From: an uncultured Candidatus Saccharibacteria bacterium
Lineage (GTDB): Bacteria; Patescibacteriota; Dojkabacteria; SC72
DNA: 48,917 nucleotides
Direction: 5' to 3'
NCBI GenBank assembly: GCA_964655705.1
Contig: CAZZPP010000001.1
Coordinates: 9,207-58,123 of the forward strand
The notes beneath the pieces were generated by a model that saw nothing but the letters and a program-made list of their open reading frames with translations, was not told the DNA's origin and searched no databases. Below, one piece after another: positions 18,751 to 28,154 of the stretch. A program made the position numbers and the translations under genes. Every line of letters starts with the position of its first letter. Position 1 is the stretch's first letter.

Positions 18751-20470
18751 ACTTTTTTCTTAAGATTTTTTCCTCAAAGTATTTCTTAGGGTTAGTAATC
18801 TTGTATTTTCTAAATTCAAAATTATCATATATTTTTGATTTAAGTAAACTCTCAGTTAGAGTTGCACCCTCAGGTCTTACATATATTAACCATCCGATAA
18901 TGAGAATGAATATTCCAAGACCAATCCTAACAAAGAAATTATCAAAGATACCGGTCTTAGGTGCTACTGGTTCTACCTTAGGAGCATTACTACAATCATC
19001 TGCAACAACAATATTAACTTGAGATCTTAGAGATGCAGGATCAAGGGGTATTTCAACTGGATTGACAATAATCTCATTTAAGTTCTGACCTGTCAGAGCA
19101 GTTGTACCTGCTGTTGCTTGAAATACAATTGACAGAGTTCCTCCACTAACTACACTCCATGGTGTTGTTGGTTCCCAGACAATCTCTTGAGTATCTCCAA
19201 CAGATGTAACTGTTACTAGTCCAGAGTCACTCACAGTGGCCCCATTCAGTACTGAACTATTTGGAGTATATATGAATCCTAAGGGTAATTTGTCCTTTAT
19301 TGATGTTATCTCATCTTGAGTATCCCTGTTGTTTGTAACAGTTATTGTGTATGTAGCTAGGTTATTTCCCTCTGTTCTCTCTACACACTCTTTATCTGCG
19401 GATTTAGATGCAGTAAAGCTGGATTTCTCATCCTTAGTTATCGGTTCATCTGGTGGTGTAGTTGCATTAGTGAATACTACAATAGTACTTGCTGAACCAA
19501 TATTTACCTCACTTACAAATATCTCTGCAGTAATTTTTAAATTTCCAACATGGTCATTCAAAACATTAAAGGAGTCATTACTAAAATTCTTTTCGTCATA
19601 CAAATCTAATTTAGACATCTCAATAGTTCCCTTGGTTGGTTCTACTGTAATACCGTCTAACGCTGTAAGTGTAGTAAAGGTTGGCTCAAAAGAGAACCTA
19701 ATTTTAACATTACTACTATCTATCTGACCAACAGAAATACTAATATTGGATATCTTAGTCTTACCATCTGATTGTTGCTCTGTTATTGCAACCATCCCAG
19801 TTACTGCAGAGCTACTACTCGTCTCAATATCAACAATTCTTCTACATACAATGGAATTAATTGTATCTCCTTGTGCATCTTTTGCAGTAGCCATAACCTC
19901 AACAGAGGTAATATTCTCGAAAGAAGATATTTTTTTACTTATTTTATTTCCATCAACTTTATCAGGTTGGGTACTTTCATTATTAATCTTAAATCCGTAG
20001 TCTATATAGTCGGATTTATCAAAAGTAGCTTCAACATTAATCTCATCTGTTGGTTGAATCTTACCAGTAATTATCTTCCCATCCTGGTCTTTAAGAATCA
20101 TATTCTCACATCTTGTATCTGAAATACTTCTTACTGTACACACTTTGTAAGAGTCTCTAGGGGTAGTGGAATTAAGTAGATTATCCGCTATATCATTAAT
20201 ATCACATTTAGCATTACATATCTGATCAGAGGAAACGGTATTAAGATTAAAGAGGAAGGCTCTTTTAGGATCTCCACATTCATTTACAATCTCAGGATCT
20301 ATTATATAGCAGCCACATGTAATTTTACTTAGATCTGTTCCTCCCTCCTCAGGGTCTTTCTTAATAACGAAGAAATATACCAAAGAGAGTATCAATGCAA
20401 CTATTAGAATAGCACCTACTATTGTTAGGCTCTTTAATGTTTTTTTAGTCTTTCTATCCGTTGTAGCCAT
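18734..20470 (-). CDS. Surface protein with N-terminal TM, Cys-rich region, DUF11-like domain and C-terminal APKTG+TM sorting-like signal
   Basis: FTASKSAD..ATYTITVTN..IKDKLPLGF.Y; APKTG at 18950-18964 followed by a hydrophobic helix and basic tail. Confidence 0.78.
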   Translation of the reverse strand: MATTDRKTKKTLKSLTIVGAILIVALILSLVYFFVIKKDPEEGGTDLSKITCGCYIIDPEIVNECGDPKRAFLFNLNTVSSDQICNAKCDINDIADNLLNSTTPRDSYKVCTVRSISDTRCENMILKDQDGKIITGKIQPTDEINVEATFDKSDYIDYGFKINNESTQPDKVDGNKISKKISSFENITSVEVMATAKDAQGDTINSIVCRRIVDIETSSSSAVTGMVAITEQQSDGKTKISNISISVGQIDSSNVKIRFSFEPTFTTLTALDGITVEPTKGTIEMSKLDLYDEKNFSNDSFNVLNDHVGNLKITAEIFVSEVNIGSASTIVVFTNATTPPDEPITKDEKSSFTASKSADKECVERTEGNNLATYTITVTNNRDTQDEITSIKDKLPLGFIYTPNSSVLNGATVSDSGLVTVTSVGDTQEIVWEPTTPWSVVSGGTLSIVFQATAGTTALTGQNLNEIIVNPVEIPLDPASLRSQVNIVVADDCSNAPKVEPVAPKTGIFDNFFVRIGLGIFILIIGWLIYVRPEGATLTESLLKSKIYDNFEFRKYKITNPKKYFEEKILRKKSRGNR

Positions 20471-20519
20471 CTAGCGTATCTAATATTTGCAGATTAAATT
20501 GTAATATTTATATACATAG

Positions 20520-20549
20520 AGTTTATGAGAATAGTAGTATTAATGTCAA
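20520..20549 (-). promoter_or_regulatory. Sigma70-type promoter for 18734-20470
   Basis: Minus strand TTGACA (20549-20544), 18 nt spacer, TAAACT (20525-20520). Confidence 0.55.
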
Positions 20550-20559
20550 CAAGAATCTT

Positions 20560-21489
20560 TTACATTGTTGTACAAAAGAGTGTGAGTCCTAGTTTAGGGT
20601 CAATTCTACCTATTTTAATTTCATAGTCTAAATTACTCAATTTCTCATATTTGTTAATTATCTTTCCCCAATCATACTTTTCGCTTGCTTCAATTAGAGG
20701 CTTTACAGTAAAAGGAGGTATTTTAAGTTTAGAGGCAATTTCTCCATAACTACTGTTATTTGTAATTAAATATTTTGTTAAAGTAATTAATCTCAAATTC
20801 CTTACAATCATTGGGAATATATATTGGGGATCTACCTGTTGAGTAAATATATTCTCTAAAATATTTAGGGGTCTTCCATCTTTCCTATTCATCTCATCTA
20901 AGAGTTTCCAGATGTCTTCTTCAAGTGTATCTTGAATTATTTCATCTATGTCTTCTTTACTAATCTGTTGATTTAAATCTAGTAGTTTGAGTTTCTTAAT
21001 ATTGTTTTCAAATCTCTCAATATCATAGTTTGAATATTGGCAGAGTAGTGATACTAAAGTATTATCTATATCTAACTGATTTTCTTTAGAGATCTCTTTT
21101 GCATATTTAAGAAAGGAAGGTTTTGTTAGTCTGTTACTTTCATCCAGGGAGTTATTTGATTTGAAAAATTTTACATACTTAGTTATTGAACTAACCTTTT
21201 GGTCTTCCCATATAATTACAGTATCGGGATTTTCTTTAGAGAGGTACTCTAGAAGATATGGTATTAGGTTCTCTCTGTCCTTATTTCTATACAACCTTTT
21301 AAAAAATAATAGCCTTGGTAGACTAAATAGTGATTGAGAGGAGAGGATATCAATTATTTTTGAACTATCAGTCTTTTCTCCATCAATAGATATATATTCA
21401 AGATTCCCATCCTCAAGAAATTCTTTTATCTGTGTATGGGCTTTTTTCAAAGAAAGGTAGGTTTCATTACCTATGTATAGTTTGTACAT
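20560..21489 (-). CDS. holA: DNA polymerase III delta subunit
   Basis: LYIGNETYL, S.SLFS..RLL, EEDIWKLLD, KIPPF, LSNLDYEIKIG.IDP pattern; 309 aa. Confidence 0.82.
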   Translation of the reverse strand: MYKLYIGNETYLSLKKAHTQIKEFLEDGNLEYISIDGEKTDSSKIIDILSSQSLFSLPRLLFFKRLYRNKDRENLIPYLLEYLSKENPDTVIIWEDQKVSSITKYVKFFKSNNSLDESNRLTKPSFLKYAKEISKENQLDIDNTLVSLLCQYSNYDIERFENNIKKLKLLDLNQQISKEDIDEIIQDTLEEDIWKLLDEMNRKDGRPLNILENIFTQQVDPQYIFPMIVRNLRLITLTKYLITNNSSYGEIASKLKIPPFTVKPLIEASEKYDWGKIINKYEKLSNLDYEIKIGRIDPKLGLTLFCTTM

Positions 21490-21491
21490 TG

Positions 21492-22931
21492 TTAATTTGT
21501 TTCTTCTTCGGTTAATTCTTCTATTACAATCTCTTTACCAAAGAGAATTGATATGTCTCCTCCTGTACTTGTTGTTAAATATTCAGGCTTAAGGATATTT
21601 TCTATACCCATGTACTCTGCAAGAAAAGTAACTGCTTGGGAGAATTCGTCAACCTTATTTGAGTATATATATTCTCCTTGCTTGTCTTTGTACTTAGTAC
21701 CCTGAAATCTAATGTTTAGATACTTGTATTCATCTTTGAGCCCTTGTGTTTTACTATTACTTTCTTTGTATCCGAGACCAGTATCATATGTATATATTGA
21801 GGGATTTTCTGAATAGAGGATCGGATATTTAACTGCAAGAGTAACATATTCCTGAATCTTAGTATATTTGCCTAATCCCTCTTTTGGTCCTAGGCCATAT
21901 CCTTCGTAAGGTACATTCGTTGTTACAAGAGAGTAGTTTCCTATGGTAGGATCTAATACAAAAGAGTAGGTTGAGGTATTCATTTCATCATCCTTAAATG
22001 ATTTAAGAATATTTACTCCTGCTTGTACATCGTCAAGAGTGAATTCAGAGACTTGAAGATTCTCCTGTACTGAACTTAGTAATGCCATCAACTTATTTGG
22101 GTTTAGTAATACCTCAGTACTAAGTAGTTGATCCATGAAAGCATCAATTACTTTCTGTTGTCTTCTTGCTCTTGCAAAATCAGATCCTTCTTGATTCTGT
22201 TGAGATTTTCTTGAACGAGCGTATTTCAATGCAGTATCCCCATCCATTAGTTGTGGTCCTTGCTTGAAAGATACTGTTTGATAGCTTTTACCCAAAGGAT
22301 ACATATAGTCTGTAAAACTGTTTTCAACATTTACATATACACCTCCAACAGCATCTATTAATTCTACAAAACCATTAAAGTTAATCATTGCGTGATACTG
22401 TATTTCCACTCCCATTACTTCCTCTGCCACCTTCTGTAGGGCTAATAGGCCAGTACCTTCCTCTTTCTTCTCATGTATCGAATATGTAGCATTAATCTTG
22501 TTAAAAGAGGTTCTTTCAGGGGAGACTTTAATGTAGAAATCCCTAGGGATTGATATTAAAACAATATCCTTAGTTTCATGGTTGTATGAGCCCACAATTA
22601 TTACATCAGTATTGAGTAACTGAGTATTCTCTCTGGAATCAATCCCAACTAGTAAAACATTAGTGTATTTCCCTGTACTATCCTTCTTTAATTCAGGATC
22701 TTTTTTATTATCTATTAACTGGCCGGGTTTAAAGATGAGACCTATCTCTTTGCCTGCCATGTATGCTTTGTATCCAAAATATATTCCAATACCTAAAATT
22801 GATATCAAAAATACTGATAGTGGGATATATATCCAAGGTTTTTTCTTTGTTAGATGTTTTCGCTTTACTCTTTCTTTAGAAGGTTTAATTTTCTTACTTC
22901 CTTTATCTGTTATATTTATTGAAACCTCCAT
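21492..22931 (-). CDS. LytR-CpsA-Psr (LCP) family cell-wall ligase with LytR_C-like tail
   Basis: TM, NVLLVGIDSR, NTDVII, LISIPRDFY, KINATY, DAVGGV.V, ALKYARSR, SDFARARRQQ. Confidence 0.92.
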   Translation of the reverse strand: MEVSINITDKGSKKIKPSKERVKRKHLTKKKPWIYIPLSVFLISILGIGIYFGYKAYMAGKEIGLIFKPGQLIDNKKDPELKKDSTGKYTNVLLVGIDSRENTQLLNTDVIIVGSYNHETKDIVLISIPRDFYIKVSPERTSFNKINATYSIHEKKEEGTGLLALQKVAEEVMGVEIQYHAMINFNGFVELIDAVGGVYVNVENSFTDYMYPLGKSYQTVSFKQGPQLMDGDTALKYARSRKSQQNQEGSDFARARRQQKVIDAFMDQLLSTEVLLNPNKLMALLSSVQENLQVSEFTLDDVQAGVNILKSFKDDEMNTSTYSFVLDPTIGNYSLVTTNVPYEGYGLGPKEGLGKYTKIQEYVTLAVKYPILYSENPSIYTYDTGLGYKESNSKTQGLKDEYKYLNIRFQGTKYKDKQGEYIYSNKVDEFSQAVTFLAEYMGIENILKPEYLTTSTGGDISILFGKEIVIEELTEEETN

Positions 22932-22948
22932 AGGGCAATAGTAAGAAA

Positions 22949-23950
22949 TTATCTATTTAAGTACTGACTAATATTGTTATTATGTTCAGTTAATGTCTTA
23001 GCATAATGTACTACGCCTTGTGGATCATGAATGAAGTAGTAGTAGGAGTTAGATTCTGGATTCCTTACCGCATTAATAGCTTCTAAACCGGGATTACATA
23101 TGGGAGTAGGTGTAAGTCCTGGATTTTTATACGTATTATATATATTACTCTCTTCCATATCTGATTTAGTTATTACATGTGTCCAATCCTTTTTGTAATA
23201 CAATACAGTTGAACAAAGTTGTAGAAGCCATCCCTCCTCATACCTTCTTTTGATGATATCTGCAATCATTGGCCTGTCTTCTGAATTACGTCCTTCTCTT
23301 TCTACCATACTTGCAATTATTATATCCTCATATGTATCCTGAACTCCTACCTTCTCTTGGAAGTTCAATACTAATTTCTCTAATACCTCTTGGGTAGTAT
23401 TATCTACTGAGAATGCATATTTATCTGGAAAAAGGAAACCTTCTAAATCCTTTAGCTCATAATTAAAGCCTAGGCTTGAAAGAAAGGAGGTGTCAGTTGT
23501 TAATGCTAGAAACTCCTCTTCATTGAAATTCATATTTCCCCCATTTTGAAGTTCAGTACTTAAAATCTCTACTATCTCATCTTTTCTTAATCCTTCCTGT
23601 ATTGTAACCCAAATATCTAAACCTTTTGATTGCTGTATGGTCTGGGCTATTTCCTTAATATTCAAATTCTTAGGTATCTCATATGTACCTGCCTGTATTT
23701 TCTCAGAGATATTGTTAATTTTAAGATATATCTCAAAATACTTTGCCCAATTCTCCTTAAGAAGACCAGAATCAACTAGTTTCTGGATAATGGAGTCTAC
23801 CGATTCCCCAGAGGATATTTGAAGAGATATCTTGTCACTACTATCACTATTCGGTTTCTCAATAATTGAATCGAAATTAATCTTTACTAAAAATATTATT
23901 ACTATTACAGTAACAAGAGCTAAGAGAAATATTTTAATTATACTTTTCAT
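22949..23950 (-). CDS. mltG: Endolytic transglycosylase MltG
   Basis: TM, IQAGTY, VTIQEG, LEGFLFPDKY, IASMVERE (catalytic Glu), YNTY.NPGL.P.PICNPG. Confidence 0.92.
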   Translation of the reverse strand: MKSIIKIFLLALVTVIVIIFLVKINFDSIIEKPNSDSSDKISLQISSGESVDSIIQKLVDSGLLKENWAKYFEIYLKINNISEKIQAGTYEIPKNLNIKEIAQTIQQSKGLDIWVTIQEGLRKDEIVEILSTELQNGGNMNFNEEEFLALTTDTSFLSSLGFNYELKDLEGFLFPDKYAFSVDNTTQEVLEKLVLNFQEKVGVQDTYEDIIIASMVEREGRNSEDRPMIADIIKRRYEEGWLLQLCSTVLYYKKDWTHVITKSDMEESNIYNTYKNPGLTPTPICNPGLEAINAVRNPESNSYYYFIHDPQGVVHYAKTLTEHNNNISQYLNR

Positions 23951-24380
23951 TTTCTTTCTGTTTTGAATTTAGAAATTCTTGAAGAAACACTGCTGCTGAT
24001 ATCATATCAATTTTCCCTTTAGAAGACCTACTACTTTGTCCTAGAGATAGTAGCATATTTTGAGCCTGAATAGTAGAATAACTCTCATCTTGAAATATTA
24101 CAGGTACCTGTGTAATATCTGAGAGTTTCTTTGCAAAGTTTTCTACCTTCTTTAAAGATTCGGAGTATGTTTCTTTAAGTAATTGTGGCTTACCAATTAA
24201 TATGCTTTTTACCCGGTACTCTTCAACTACTAAGAGTATGTCCTCTAAGATATTTTGTATATTCCTGTTTTTAGTGATCCTTAATACATCAAGGGGAGAT
24301 GCTATAACTCCTTTACTATCAGATATCGCAAGACCAATTCTTTTCTCTCCGTAATCAATTGCTAATATGGGGTTTTCCAT
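23934..24380 (-). CDS. ruvX: Holliday junction resolvase-like RuvX/YqgF
   Basis: ILAIDYGEKRIGLAISD, DESYST, ID.ISAAVFLQ; alaS-ruvX-mltG synteny. Confidence 0.95.
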   Translation of the reverse strand: MENPILAIDYGEKRIGLAISDSKGVIASPLDVLRITKNRNIQNILEDILLVVEEYRVKSILIGKPQLLKETYSESLKKVENFAKKLSDITQVPVIFQDESYSTIQAQNMLLSLGQSSRSSKGKIDMISAAVFLQEFLNSKQKENEKYN

Positions 24381-24382
24381 AC

Positions 24383-26170
24383 CTATTTTAGAACTCCTTT
24401 AATTCTTTTAAATCCAAAGCCAACACTCTCTTGTTTACTAATTTTAAATTTACCCAGTTGTGAGGTATTTGAGACATGAGGACCATTACATATCTCAATG
24501 GAGAAGGGGTTAGATTTTTCACCAACGTAGTACACTCTCACAGTATCTGCATACTTCTCTTCAAAAGCAGCGAAGGGTACTAATTCTAATGCACTACTTT
24601 TTGGTAGTTCTTCGTATGTAACTGGTAAACTATTCTTAATTGCTTCGTTAACTAGGTTTTCAACCTCTGCAATTTGTATATCTGTGAGTTTCTCTTGATT
24701 AGGGAAATCGATTCTTAATCTCTCTGGGGTGATATTACTACCCTTCTGGTATACATGGTTACCTAAAACTTTCCTTAATGCTGCTAGTAGTAGGTGAGAG
24801 GTTGTATGATACTTTGTAGACATTTCTGAGGTATCTGCTAACCCACCCTTAAAGATCTTTGAAGAAGAACTACGAGACTTCTCCTGGTGAAGTTTCTTAG
24901 CTTTCTCAAAACCTTCTTCATCAACAAGTTGGATATTTTTTTCAATTAAAATCTCTTCGGTTAGTTCTCTTGGTAATCCATAGGTTTCATACAGGAGGAA
25001 GAGGTCATTACCAGTGAGAGTCTTTTGCTTAATTACTAACCTCTCTAATTCTTTAAGACCATTACCTAGGGTTTTGTTAAACTTCTCCTCTTCATTTTGT
25101 AGTTGTGAAAGAATGTAATCCCTTTTTTCTTCTAATTTGGGATAGAGTTGTTTAAATTGTTGTATACATAGTTCACTGACAGTGGGGATGAAGGATCCTT
25201 CTATTCCAAGTATTCTTGCGTGTCTCATTGCTCTCCTGATTAGTCTTCTCAATATATATCCTTGCATACTATTTGAGGGTGTAACACCATCCATAATTAT
25301 TAAGATACTTGCTTTTAGATGGTCAGCTATTACTCTTTGAGAAGAGACATTCTGATTTTTGGACAGTTGCTTAATTCTCTCTAATATCGGGTAATATATA
25401 TCTATTTCGTATACTGACTCTACACCTTGACTAATCATTGCTAGTCTTTCTAAACCTCCTCCGAAATCTACATTGTGTCTTCCTAAGGGAAGGTACATAC
25501 TATTTTCAAAGAGATATTCCATGAATACATTATTTCCAATTTCTACATATTTCCCACAGTTGCAGTTAATATGGCAGTTCTTTCCACACTTTGGTTTACC
25601 CGTATCAAAAAATATTTCAGAGTCTGGACCACAGGGTCCTCCATTGGGTAGTCCCCACCAATTATGTTCTTTCCCATACTCTTGAATTCGTTCTCCTTCT
25701 CCAACCTTTGCCTTAACCCCATATCTTGAAAAAATCTGTTCCCATACCTCTATTGATTCTTTATCTTTCGGGATATTATCTTCACCCTTAAAAACAGATG
25801 CATATATTCTGTTAATATCCATTTCTAATACATTTACAAAAAACTCAATGGTCATCTCTATTGCTTCTTTCTTGAAGTATTCATTAAGAGACCAGTTACC
25901 TAACATTTCAAATGTTGTACAGTGAAAAGTATCTCCTACCTCATCAATATCTCCTGTCCTAAGACATCTCTGAGAGTTAGTTAGTCTGTTTCCTAGCGGA
26001 TGTTTCTCTCCTTGAAGAAAAGGGACTAGAGGAAACATACCAGCATTTACAAAAAGTACTGAGGGATCATCCTCAGGAACTAATAGGGCACTTGGGATTT
26101 CTACATGATTTTTACTCTTGAAGAAGTTAATATATTCCTCTCTGATTTGTGTATATGTGAGATTTCTCAT
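24383..26170 (-). CDS. alaS: Alanine-tRNA ligase lacking the C-Ala domain
   Basis: LFVNAGM, SQRCLR, FEMLGNWS, EIGNNVFM, DFGGGLER, editing motifs HTTSH and EICNGPHV. Confidence 0.96.
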   Translation of the reverse strand: MRNLTYTQIREEYINFFKSKNHVEIPSALLVPEDDPSVLFVNAGMFPLVPFLQGEKHPLGNRLTNSQRCLRTGDIDEVGDTFHCTTFEMLGNWSLNEYFKKEAIEMTIEFFVNVLEMDINRIYASVFKGEDNIPKDKESIEVWEQIFSRYGVKAKVGEGERIQEYGKEHNWWGLPNGGPCGPDSEIFFDTGKPKCGKNCHINCNCGKYVEIGNNVFMEYLFENSMYLPLGRHNVDFGGGLERLAMISQGVESVYEIDIYYPILERIKQLSKNQNVSSQRVIADHLKASILIIMDGVTPSNSMQGYILRRLIRRAMRHARILGIEGSFIPTVSELCIQQFKQLYPKLEEKRDYILSQLQNEEEKFNKTLGNGLKELERLVIKQKTLTGNDLFLLYETYGLPRELTEEILIEKNIQLVDEEGFEKAKKLHQEKSRSSSSKIFKGGLADTSEMSTKYHTTSHLLLAALRKVLGNHVYQKGSNITPERLRIDFPNQEKLTDIQIAEVENLVNEAIKNSLPVTYEELPKSSALELVPFAAFEEKYADTVRVYYVGEKSNPFSIEICNGPHVSNTSQLGKFKISKQESVGFGFKRIKGVLK

Positions 26171-26185
26171 TTCATGATTATATCA
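26168..26185 (-). promoter_or_regulatory. Extended -10 promoter immediately upstream of alaS (leaderless-type)
   Basis: TG-A-TATAAT, 6 nt, ATG. Confidence 0.65.
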
Positions 26186-26216
26186 AAAGGAGTAAGGGAG
26201 TAGAATATATACTTAG

Positions 26217-28154
26217 TTATTCCTTTTTATCTTTTTCTTCTAATTCCTTAACCTGATCATACAGACTCGTTAAATCTTCACCAGGCTCAGGAGCTTTGTA
26301 CATAGGTGTAATCCCCTCTACTCGAGTAGGAGTTGGGTTTTCAATATTGTTAAGAATATCATCGGGCAAAGGTAATTCAGGCTCAGGGGCTCCGAAATTA
26401 ATGGGGACTTCTTCAGATGTAGATATCTCAGGTTCAGGAGGTGTAAACTCATCCTTAATTAAGTTGTTTACTTGGTTAGTTGGATTAACGATGGGGATAT
26501 CATTAGTAGGTGGCATTGATTCTGGTAATATGGAATTGGTTGTTACATCACCAGATTTGTCTTTCCAAAGCAGAGGAATCAAGAGTGGGATTGTTATTGC
26601 CAAAAGGATTAATCCAATACCTCCTAGAATAATGTACATGGTTCTTTTGGGGATTTCATATCCAAAGATGTTAAAACTATCACTGTCATCTGAAGTTTCT
26701 CCTGAGATTGTAAATGCCCATTCTTTTTCTGTTTCCCCACCATTTGAATCCTTGAAAGATATTGTTACTTTGTGTAAACCTTCAGTTAAAGGATTCTCAG
26801 GTATGTATATTACTGTATGCTCAGATTCAGATATTTTGTTTATCTTTATATCGGTTGTAATATCTCTGTTATCTAATTTCACAAGTATACTCTCCTCTTC
26901 GATTGAAGCACCCTCTGTTGCTATTAAAGAAGCCCTTATTGTTGGAGATGTATTGCTAATTGTATCAGTACTAGTTGGTGACATATTAATAATTTGAGGT
27001 TGAGGTAATATCACCTTGTCATCGGTATCATCCTTCTCCTGGTTTCTGGATATTAATATCTCTTTAGATATATCCATACCTATCCCTGCAGGTTCTTGAT
27101 TATCAACTGCTCTAACGATTACTCTGTAAGCACCATCTTTCAACGAAGAGAGGTCAATACTGTACGATGTTTGTGTTGGAGATATATCCTTATCTATTGT
27201 TGTCCAAGCTAATTCATTTGCAGGGTTAGAAGAGATGTATATCTCGTATCTTAGAATCTGGTTTTCATCCACGGCTTCCCATCTAACTTGAATTGTATTT
27301 TCTGTTGTAATTACAGTATCGCTAACCGGATCAATTATTGTAACTACCGGATTATCATTACTCAGGGTATTTACACTAATTACCCATGATTGTGATGAAA
27401 GATGTTTACTATATCCATCATGAATGAATACATTAGCAAGATAGCTGCCTGGGGTTTTTGTAGAACCTCTAAACTTGATTATTAATTCTCCATTTCCCCC
27501 ATCTCTTATGATGGTGGGTTTTAACCAGGTCTCTCCCTTTGTGAAAGAGAAGGAGTAATTTATGGTGTCTTGATCAATATCTTTTGCTTCAAGAGTATAT
27601 TCGTATGTATCACCACTCTTTATACTCTGAGAGGGTATTGATGCCTTTGGAGTGGTTGTAAATTCTGGCTTTGAATTAGATATTATTGCCTTTACACCCT
27701 GTACATCATAGGGGCTACTAATTACACAAGCAAATGTATTCCCAGCGATATCATTTAATGTACCACCCAGATTGTATGCGCCTTCTGATTGAGGTGTATA
27801 CAGAAAGGATTCTGTAACTTTGTTTACTATTGTAGATTCATAGTTTTTAGTAAAAAGGGTCTTACCCATTCCATCTGTAATTTGAATCTCTTTGATGGTG
27901 GAGTTTTCCGAAAGACCATCTACTTGTATTCTTACCGTATTATCTATCTGTAATGTATATGGATTAACATTAGGGAACGTTATTATGCAGGGGTTAGTAC
28001 TACTAAGTTCAATCTCTTCAAATGCTTTATTCCTACTATCAAAGCTTTCATTTTGAATTAAACTGAAAACGAAGATTGGTATCGTAAGTAGCAAAAGAAA
28101 TGTTAGGAATATATTTTTCTTTTTTGTTCTTGTATGGGCAAGTTTGTTACTCAT
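26217..28154 (-). CDS. Multi-Ig/cadherin/FN3-like surface protein with TM at both ends and Pro/Glu-rich tail
   Basis: NSKPEFTT.P..YEY..A.D.D.D..WL; NDNPVV.I.DP..V.W..Y.V.V.AVD; second TM about 140 aa before the C-terminus. Confidence 0.75.
   Translation of the reverse strand: MSNKLAHTRTKKKNIFLTFLLLLTIPIFVFSLIQNESFDSRNKAFEEIELSSTNPCIITFPNVNPYTLQIDNTVRIQVDGLSENSTIKEIQITDGMGKTLFTKNYESTIVNKVTESFLYTPQSEGAYNLGGTLNDIAGNTFACVISSPYDVQGVKAIISNSKPEFTTTPKASIPSQSIKSGDTYEYTLEAKDIDQDTINYSFSFTKGETWLKPTIIRDGGNGELIIKFRGSTKTPGSYLANVFIHDGYSKHLSSQSWVISVNTLSNDNPVVTIIDPVSDTVITTENTIQVRWEAVDENQILRYEIYISSNPANELAWTTIDKDISPTQTSYSIDLSSLKDGAYRVIVRAVDNQEPAGIGMDISKEILISRNQEKDDTDDKVILPQPQIINMSPTSTDTISNTSPTIRASLIATEGASIEEESILVKLDNRDITTDIKINKISESEHTVIYIPENPLTEGLHKVTISFKDSNGGETEKEWAFTISGETSDDSDSFNIFGYEIPKRTMYIILGGIGLILLAITIPLLIPLLWKDKSGDVTTNSILPESMPPTNDIPIVNPTNQVNNLIKDEFTPPEPEISTSEEVPINFGAPEPELPLPDDILNNIENPTPTRVEGITPMYKAPEPGEDLTSLYDQVKELEEKDKKE

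Noticed and set aside
26296-26997. 233-aa plus-strand ORF
   Set aside because: Antisense shadow of 26217-28154; low-complexity S/I/G sequence with no motif.
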